This document shows, one piece after another, positions 57,659 through 64,000 of a stretch of DNA of 64,000 bases. Where the stretch lies: positions 124,001-188,000 of the IMG/VR virus record IMGVR_UViG_3300042473_001265; one strand, given 5' to 3'. The notes under the pieces were generated by a model that did no database searches, was not told where the DNA came from, and worked only from the letters and a program-made list of their open reading frames with translations. Position 1 is the first letter of the stretch, and each line of letters starts with the position of its first letter. The translations under genes were made by a program, and so were the position numbers.

Positions 57659-59135
57659 GTTGTACCAACAATTGCAAAAAACATACAAGGTTGTATGTTT
57701 TGTAGACATGGCTGATATTTCCAAGTCGCCTGGCGCTATTTTTAAATTGTTTACAGACCATTACAAGTCTGAATACAAAGAAAATGAACGATTGGTTTTT
57801 TACACCAACGAAGATCCTGGAATCAAGTTACTTGAGCATATTCAACAGGCAGCAATGATAATTGATATTAGCCATTGTTTTATATTAATTTGTTGCCCTG
57901 TAGATTTAACTGATCGTATGGGGTTGACCGATACTACAATGCAACAGATTGTAATTGAGTGTGACTCTGTACCACTTGACAATGGATTTGTTGTGCCCGA
58001 TACCATGTGTGTTTTTCCGTTTAAACATCTTGAAATTAACCATCAAGGTGCCGTTAAACCTTGTTGTTTGTATAAAACTACAGTAGGACAAGTTCCGGAT
58101 CAATCAATTAACGAAATTTTTTATTCTGAAAAAATGGAAAAATTACGCAATGATTTTTTAAACGGTATTAAATCTAGTGATTGCTCCCATTGTTGGAATC
58201 TTGAAGACATCGGACTTACAAGTTCTAGGCAAGCAAGTTTACTTCTGGATAGACAACAATTGTATACCACATGGCTTTCTAAGCCTGGTGTGTATAGTTT
58301 GGATTTAAAGCCTGGCAATGTGTGCAATTTTAAATGCAGAATTTGTAATGCACAATCAAGTTCGTTGTATGCTGGCGAACAACTAGCAAAATCAACTAAT
58401 CCTGAATCTAAATTACAAATACAAAAATTCATTGATGGCAGTCGTTGGTTTGAAAATAGTGAAAAATTTATTCAAGAATTTGAAGAGTTGCTGTGCCAGA
58501 TAGAAAATCTTGATTTTTATGGTGGTGAGCCTTTTTTATTAAAGAATTTAAACACTTTGCTCAGCAAGGCTGTTGAAATGGAACGAGCACAGAACATCAG
58601 GTTACATTTTAATACCAATGGATCTGTATTTCCAGCTCATCTAATAGACACGTTTAAAAAATTTAAACATATTGACTTGGCTATTAGCGTTGACTGTGTT
58701 GGACCAAGATTTGAATACGAACGCGGCGGTTCTTGGCAAGAAATTGAAGAGAATATTAAAAAACTGAGTCGACTGGTTGACGACCAGTTTAGTGTTTACT
58801 TGTTTACTACTGTAAATATTCAAAATGTTTTATATTTAGATGAGTTGTACTCTTGGGCAGAATCAACTGGGTTGAGGGTAGTCTTAAATGTTTTAAAAGG
58901 ACCTCAATTTATGAATATTGACTATATGACTCAAGCAGCAAAGGATTTGGTAATTGAAAAATTTCAAAACAGTAGCATTCCAGAACTTCAAAGCATTGCC
59001 AATCGTGTCAAAAAAAGCCCAGGTAGCAATGGAGAGAAGTTTATAGAGTATATGCAACAACTCGACAAATGGAGAAATGAAAACTTTGGGTTGACGCACA
59101 AAGAGATTGCAAATGCTATGGGATACATGTTATAA
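57645..59135 (+). CDS. Radical SAM protein with extra N-terminal domain plus twitch domain
   Basis: MCVFPF..KPCC..CSHCW; CNFKCRIC; GGEP; FNTNG; start moved to ATG 57645. Confidence 0.88.
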   Translation: MLPTELYQQLQKTYKVVCFVDMADISKSPGAIFKLFTDHYKSEYKENERLVFYTNEDPGIKLLEHIQQAAMIIDISHCFILICCPVDLTDRMGLTDTTMQQIVIECDSVPLDNGFVVPDTMCVFPFKHLEINHQGAVKPCCLYKTTVGQVPDQSINEIFYSEKMEKLRNDFLNGIKSSDCSHCWNLEDIGLTSSRQASLLLDRQQLYTTWLSKPGVYSLDLKPGNVCNFKCRICNAQSSSLYAGEQLAKSTNPESKLQIQKFIDGSRWFENSEKFIQEFEELLCQIENLDFYGGEPFLLKNLNTLLSKAVEMERAQNIRLHFNTNGSVFPAHLIDTFKKFKHIDLAISVDCVGPRFEYERGGSWQEIEENIKKLSRLVDDQFSVYLFTTVNIQNVLYLDELYSWAESTGLRVVLNVLKGPQFMNIDYMTQAAKDLVIEKFQNSSIPELQSIANRVKKSPGSNGEKFIEYMQQLDKWRNENFGLTHKEIANAMGYML

Positions 59136-59136
59136 T
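59107..59136 (+). promoter_or_regulatory. Sigma70-type promoter, leaderless
   Basis: TTGCAA-18 bp-(TGt)TATAAT, 7 nt before ATG 59144. Confidence 0.55.
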
Positions 59137-59143
59137 ATCAAAT

Positions 59144-60157
59144 ATGAATTTATTTAAAAAAGTAGCTGTCTGCACAGATATACATTTTGGTCTTAAATCA
59201 AACAGTCTTCAACACAATCAAGATTGTAGTGATTTTATTGATTGGTTTATTGAGACTGCCCAAGCCAATGGGTGTGAAACTGGTATGTTCCTTGGTGATT
59301 GGAGTCACCAACGAGCCGCTATTAACATGCAGACCTTACAGTATAGTCTACGAAGCCTGGAAAAACTATCTAAGGCGTTTGATCGTTTTTATTTTATTCC
59401 CGGAAATCATGATTTGTATTATCGAGATAAACGAGACATCTACTCAACCGAGTGGGCCAAACACATACCCAATATTCAAATTGTCAATGATTGGTTCCAA
59501 GACGGTGATGTTGTAATTGCTCCTTGGCTGGTGGGCGATGATCATAAGAAGATCCCAAAAATGACGGCCAAGTACATGTTTGGCCACTTTGAACTTCCTC
59601 ATTTTAAAATGAATGCCATGGTAGAGATGCCAGACCACGGTGAGGTCAAGGTCGAAAGCTTTGGCGGCTTTGATGGCGTATTTTCAGGGCACTTTCATCT
59701 GCGACAACAGAAAAAAAATATCAACTACATTGGCAACTGCTTTCCACACAATTTTGCCGATGCCGGCGACAGTGCCCGTGGCATGATGGTGTTGGGTTGG
59801 GGACAAGAACCGGAATATCATGCATGGCCTGGACAGCCCTTGTACCGTGTGATGAAATTGAGCAATGTAATTGATCAAGCACCTAAGCTGTTGGCCGCCA
59901 ACATGCATGTGCGTGTGGAGTTGGATATTGATATCAGTTACGAAGAAGCAAACTTTATCAAAGAAACATTTGTTCGAGAATACAATCTCAGAGAAATGGC
60001 CTTGATCAATGTAAAAAACAGTGCTGTGGACGCTGACATGGCGCCAGGTGAAGTCAAATTTGAAAGTGTGGATCAGATTGTAACCGATCAACTGACCAAC
60101 ATTGAATCAGAATTTTACGACAACAAATTGTTGCTGAAGATTTATAATGCTCTGTAA
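59144..60157 (+). CDS. Recombination nuclease subunit (T4 gp47/Mre11/SbcD-like)
   Basis: DIHFG, LGDW, GNHD, GHFE, SGHFH metallophosphoesterase motifs. Confidence 0.92.
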   Translation: MNLFKKVAVCTDIHFGLKSNSLQHNQDCSDFIDWFIETAQANGCETGMFLGDWSHQRAAINMQTLQYSLRSLEKLSKAFDRFYFIPGNHDLYYRDKRDIYSTEWAKHIPNIQIVNDWFQDGDVVIAPWLVGDDHKKIPKMTAKYMFGHFELPHFKMNAMVEMPDHGEVKVESFGGFDGVFSGHFHLRQQKKNINYIGNCFPHNFADAGDSARGMMVLGWGQEPEYHAWPGQPLYRVMKLSNVIDQAPKLLAANMHVRVELDIDISYEEANFIKETFVREYNLREMALINVKNSAVDADMAPGEVKFESVDQIVTDQLTNIESEFYDNKLLLKIYNAL

Positions 60158-60857
60158 TAAAAACGAGTTGTTGGAATCAAGGAATTTTGTCGACGGTGTT
60201 GACTTTACTCGCAACGATCCCTGTATATTTGTTGTGTATCCAACAGGTGCGGCGGGAGATTTATTAATTTCAATTATCGACAAGCATTACTTGCGCACCG
60301 GTTGCGAATATTACGGCATTGGCGATAACGGGCGTGTACATATGTTCACTGCCGATTATGAATCAATGGATCAACATAGTCGTTATACATTCAATGATCA
60401 GTGGTTTTACAATCTGGCGGCCAATCTGGGCGACAGAAATCTAAATTATTCATTGCTAGATCAAGTTATTTTTGGTTGTCACATGTATCTAGACTCGCAG
60501 GTACAATACATACTTGACACCTTTCCGCATGCTAAAATTATACGAATTATGCCAACTGATCAAGATGGCACAAAATTAATAAAGTGGTTGGGCAATTATA
60601 AAGTAAAAAATACAACGACTCCCATTGATGAAGAAGTTAGAGAATTTAATGCAAGTAAAATTATACACGATCGTGTGTTTAATTTACCTTTTGGATCTTT
60701 GTTTACCGAGGAATCGTATTACAAACAATATGATTCTATTATTAAATTTTTAAATTTAAACGGGCGCCTAATTTGCTTTGACTACATAAGATATTATTTG
60801 TCAAAACAATCTGATTTGATTCGATCTTCTTTGATAGATTACAGTAAAACTTTATGA
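60147..60857 (+). CDS. Hypothetical, possibly sulfotransferase-like P-loop protein
   Basis: N-terminal VVYPTGAAGDLL loop, H..FPHAKIIRI, IIKFL; AT-rich insert. Confidence 0.4.
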   Translation: MLCNKNELLESRNFVDGVDFTRNDPCIFVVYPTGAAGDLLISIIDKHYLRTGCEYYGIGDNGRVHMFTADYESMDQHSRYTFNDQWFYNLAANLGDRNLNYSLLDQVIFGCHMYLDSQVQYILDTFPHAKIIRIMPTDQDGTKLIKWLGNYKVKNTTTPIDEEVREFNASKIIHDRVFNLPFGSLFTEESYYKQYDSIIKFLNLNGRLICFDYIRYYLSKQSDLIRSSLIDYSKTL

Positions 60858-62617
60858 TCCATATAAGAAATTTAACAGTTAAGAATTTTATGAGTGTGGG
60901 CAACAGTACCCAGGCTATTGATTTTGATCGAAAAGATTTAACGCTGGTATTGGGAGAAAACTTGGACCTGGGTGGCGACGGCAGTCGCAATGGCACAGGC
61001 AAGACCACAATCATCAACGCACTCAGCTATGCCTTGTACGGCACAGCACTCAGTAATATCCGCAAAGACAACCTGGTCAATAAAACCAATGCTAAAAACA
61101 TGTTGGTTAGCCTGGAGTTTGGCGTAGGTGGCAAAGAATATAAAATTGAGCGGGGGCGCAAGCCCAATGTGTTAAGATTCTATATCAACAATCAAGAACA
61201 AGAATCTACAGACAATGCTCAAGGCGACAGCAGAGAGACTCAGCAGGCCATTGAAACCACACTGGGACTTAGTCACGACATGTTCAAACATATCTTAGCG
61301 TTGAACACCTACACTGAACCGTTTTTGAGTTTAAAAGCCAACGATCAACGAACCATTATCGAACAACTGCTGGGCATTACCATGCTGAGCGAACGAGCGG
61401 ATCGTATCAAAGAACTCAATCGCGAAACCAAGGATTCTCTAACACAAGAAGAATTCCGTATACGAGCAGTGCAAGAGGCCAACAAGCGAATCGAAGAACA
61501 GATTGAAAGTCTGCGAAAACGACAACGATTATGGAATGCCAAACGAGCAGAAGATGTAGCACAGTACACACAGGCCATTGCAGATCTTGAACATATCAAT
61601 ATTGAACTAGAAGTCAGTGCCCATCGAGAACTGGCAGTGTTTCATCAGCGCAAGACCGCAATTGACGAAGCTAACAAATGGATACGCAGCATTGACGCAG
61701 ACGATATCAAACTGGTCAAGACCAAGACCAAACTGACTGAAGAAATTGCATCTTTGGACAATCACAAGTGCTATGCTTGTGGCTCTGACATTCACGACAC
61801 CAAGCAAGACGAAATTCGTGTGAACAAACAAAATTCTTTGCAAGAGGCAGCACTACAATTGTTGGCCAATGACTCCCAGCGCATGGAACACCAAGACACC
61901 GTGAAGGAACTTGGTGAACTGGGCAAGGCACCCACAGTGTTTTATGACACACTGGAAGATGCACTGAATCATAAAAATTCCGTGGACAGCTTGCAAAAAA
62001 GCCTGGCCGCAAGATCTGTTGAAGCTGATCCATATGATGAACAAATTGAAGAAATGCAAGCACAGGCCTTGCAAGAAGTCAGCTACGACACTGTGAACGA
62101 GTTTACAAGACTGCAGGAACACCAGGAGTTTTTGTTGAAACTGCTGACCAGCAAGGACAGTTTCATTCGTAAAAAGATCATAGAACAAAATCTAAGTTAC
62201 CTGAACACAAGACTCACACACTATCTTGATCGCATTGGATTGCCACACACTGTGGTGTTCCAAAATGATTTGAGCGTGAGCATTGAAGAATTGGGTCGCG
62301 AACTGGACTTTGACAATCTGAGTCGTGGCGAACGCAACAGACTTATACTCAGCATGAGTTGGGCATTCCGAGATGTGTACGAAAGTTTGTACCAACCAAT
62401 TAATGTGTTGTTCATTGACGAGATGATCGATTCTGGAATGGATACGCAAGGTGTCGAAAACAGCCTGGCCCTGCTCAAGCACATGAGTCGAGAACGTCAC
62501 AAGAGTATTTGGCTTGTGAGCCATAGAGACGAATTGGCTGGCCGTGTTGAAAACATTCTCAAAGTGGTGAAAGAAAACGGCTTCACCAGCTATAATACGG
62601 ATATTGAACTTGTTTAA
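60854..62617 (+). CDS. Recombination ATPase subunit (T4 gp46/Rad50/SbcC-like)
   Basis: KNFMSVG, NGTGKTT Walker A, CYAC zinc hook, LSRGE signature, FIDE Walker B, VSH. Confidence 0.93.
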   Translation: MIHIRNLTVKNFMSVGNSTQAIDFDRKDLTLVLGENLDLGGDGSRNGTGKTTIINALSYALYGTALSNIRKDNLVNKTNAKNMLVSLEFGVGGKEYKIERGRKPNVLRFYINNQEQESTDNAQGDSRETQQAIETTLGLSHDMFKHILALNTYTEPFLSLKANDQRTIIEQLLGITMLSERADRIKELNRETKDSLTQEEFRIRAVQEANKRIEEQIESLRKRQRLWNAKRAEDVAQYTQAIADLEHINIELEVSAHRELAVFHQRKTAIDEANKWIRSIDADDIKLVKTKTKLTEEIASLDNHKCYACGSDIHDTKQDEIRVNKQNSLQEAALQLLANDSQRMEHQDTVKELGELGKAPTVFYDTLEDALNHKNSVDSLQKSLAARSVEADPYDEQIEEMQAQALQEVSYDTVNEFTRLQEHQEFLLKLLTSKDSFIRKKIIEQNLSYLNTRLTHYLDRIGLPHTVVFQNDLSVSIEELGRELDFDNLSRGERNRLILSMSWAFRDVYESLYQPINVLFIDEMIDSGMDTQGVENSLALLKHMSRERHKSIWLVSHRDELAGRVENILKVVKENGFTSYNTDIELV

Positions 62618-63572
62618 CTATAAAACAGTACATCTTGAAATCAGTAGCAAATGCGTACTCAAATGTCCGCGCTGCCCTAGGACTGAGTTGAAGTTGGACC
62701 GATTAAATCAAGAAATAACACTGAGCGACTTCAAGTCTGGATTTCCAGTGGATGTGCTGAGTCATATTGAACATTTTATATTTTGTGGTGACATTGGTGA
62801 TCCAATATATGCTACAGAGTTTTTAGAAATTATACAATACATCAAACAACACAGCAAGATTCGTGTACGCATTGTGACCAATGGCAGTTACAAAAAACCC
62901 GAATGGTGGCAACAGTTGGGTGCAATATTAACCGGTAACGATCAGATCACATTCAGTGTTGATGGATGGGACAACCAGTCAAACAATCAATATCGTGTCA
63001 ACAGCGATTTTGAAAGTATTGTATCAGGTATCACTGCGCTGAGAGCATCAAGCAGTTGCGTAATACAATGGTCTGCAATTTATTTTGCGTTTAATCAAGA
63101 CAAAATCAATGACATGCGTGATTTTGCAAAATCTTTAGGGTGCAACCAATTTCAAACTGTTAAAAGTTCAAAGTTTGATAATAGATACCTGGCCGACGGT
63201 ATAGACGAATTAAAGCCTGCCACAGAGTTTGTTGCAAGTACTTTGGTATACGAAACTAGTACAGAATTGTTAAATCAAACTGATTATATACCAATTGTAC
63301 CCAGAACCTCTGAACGGCCACATGCCTGGGCCAAATGTTTAAATTATAAAAAAGATTTGTTTGTTGGAATCAACGGACTAGTAATGCCGTGTCCTTGGTT
63401 CAACAACGGTTACAATGATAACGAGTTTATAAAAAAAAATCATACTCTCATGTCTATCAAAACTCGGCCATTTTTAGAAATAATAAATGATGTCGGTCTA
63501 TGGCAAAAATTACTAGATAGTTTTGATACATCGCCTTTGGAAATTTGTCAATTAAAGTGTAAAAATGGATAA
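62604..63572 (+). CDS. Radical SAM protein with C-terminal SPASM/twitch domain
   Basis: CVLKCPRC, GDIGDP, TNGS, FSVDG; C..GLVMPCPW..CQLKC. Confidence 0.88.
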   Translation: MNLFNYKTVHLEISSKCVLKCPRCPRTELKLDRLNQEITLSDFKSGFPVDVLSHIEHFIFCGDIGDPIYATEFLEIIQYIKQHSKIRVRIVTNGSYKKPEWWQQLGAILTGNDQITFSVDGWDNQSNNQYRVNSDFESIVSGITALRASSSCVIQWSAIYFAFNQDKINDMRDFAKSLGCNQFQTVKSSKFDNRYLADGIDELKPATEFVASTLVYETSTELLNQTDYIPIVPRTSERPHAWAKCLNYKKDLFVGINGLVMPCPWFNNGYNDNEFIKKNHTLMSIKTRPFLEIINDVGLWQKLLDSFDTSPLEICQLKCKNG

Positions 63573-64000
63573 TAAAAAAATATTTTGTACAGTACCTTGG
63601 TTTGAAGTTCATGTTAATGCTGACGGAACCTACCATACCTGCGGGGCACAGCCGACACCCAGCAGCATGCCGATGCTGTCGGGATTTACAGAAAAAAATA
63701 ATGTACATTCGATGCATATACAGGACTGGGTCAATGGTGAATACCAAAAAAGAGTCAGACTAGATAAACTCAATGGAGTTTACGAAAAAAGATGTTTGAT
63801 GTGTTATTCAGAAGAGGCCACTGGATCGTCTAGTAAAAGAATTAAAGAAAATTTAAAAAGCAAAATCTACGATGTCAAGTTTGATTTAACTTATAAACAC
63901 AGTCCAGATTTAGCAACCTTTGAGTTTTCAAGGCAAAATCAAGGACTGACTGATATTGTTAAGCCAATCAGCTATCACTTGAATCTTGGTAACGAATGCA
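63565..64000 (+). CDS. N-terminal-twitch radical SAM protein, 5' part (truncated by window edge)
   Basis: Manual translation MDNKKIFCTVPWFEVHVNADG..HTC..CLMCY..E..G..S.R..HLNLGNEC. Confidence 0.8.
   Translation, partial: MDNKKIFCTVPWFEVHVNADGTYHTCGAQPTPSSMPMLSGFTEKNNVHSMHIQDWVNGEYQKRVRLDKLNGVYEKRCLMCYSEEATGSSSKRIKENLKSKIYDVKFDLTYKHSPDLATFEFSRQNQGLTDIVKPISYHLNLGNEC

Noticed and set aside
1-64000. Alternative genetic code (stop reassignment)
   Set aside because: Code 11 gives full-length, tightly packed genes including a 14.4-kb ORF. The two apparent gene splits involve frame changes at TAA, not in-frame readthrough.
1-64000. tRNA/rRNA genes, introns, inteins, homing endonucleases
   Set aside because: Intergenic gaps are at most about 115 nt with no cloverleaf signatures. 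thyX, gp46 and gp47 are of normal length, with no intein or LAGLIDADG/GIY-YIG/HNH motifs seen.

Overview
This window is a gene-dense, standard-code segment of a large T4-like (myovirus-type) phage genome with three modules. (1) About 0.2-26 kb: thyX, small hypotheticals and a large modification island. The island holds a FkbM methyltransferase, an NDP-sugar epimerase, a DegT aminotransferase, about 7 glycosyltransferase-like genes of three kinds, an amidinotransferase, a NodU/CmcH carbamoyltransferase, a 2OG-Fe(II) oxygenase, a PBP-type D-Ala-D-Ala peptidase and five N-terminal-twitch radical SAM genes. Most of these lie in one tightly packed 17-gene minus-strand operon. (2) 26-56.5 kb, minus strand: tail and baseplate genes (fibre-like protein, a 4815-aa giant, gp6-, gp25-, gp5-, gp27/hub-, gp53- and gp48/54-like). 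(3) 56.6-64 kb, plus strand: gp55-like late sigma factor, gp47 and gp46, with three more radical SAM genes and a sulfotransferase-like gene interleaved or adjacent. The best candidate novel system is a phage-encoded radical-SAM/glycosyl/amino/amidino/carbamoyl tailoring pathway, whose target (virion, DNA or host surface) is unknown. It includes an unlisted, doubly coupled 33-aa peptide next to the carbamoyltransferase. Other notable points: two apparently split baseplate genes, a 23-33-aa peptide module shared between different tail proteins, head-to-head genes sharing one CATG, and repeated leaderless promoter architecture. All assignments come from reading motifs by eye; no database searches were run.
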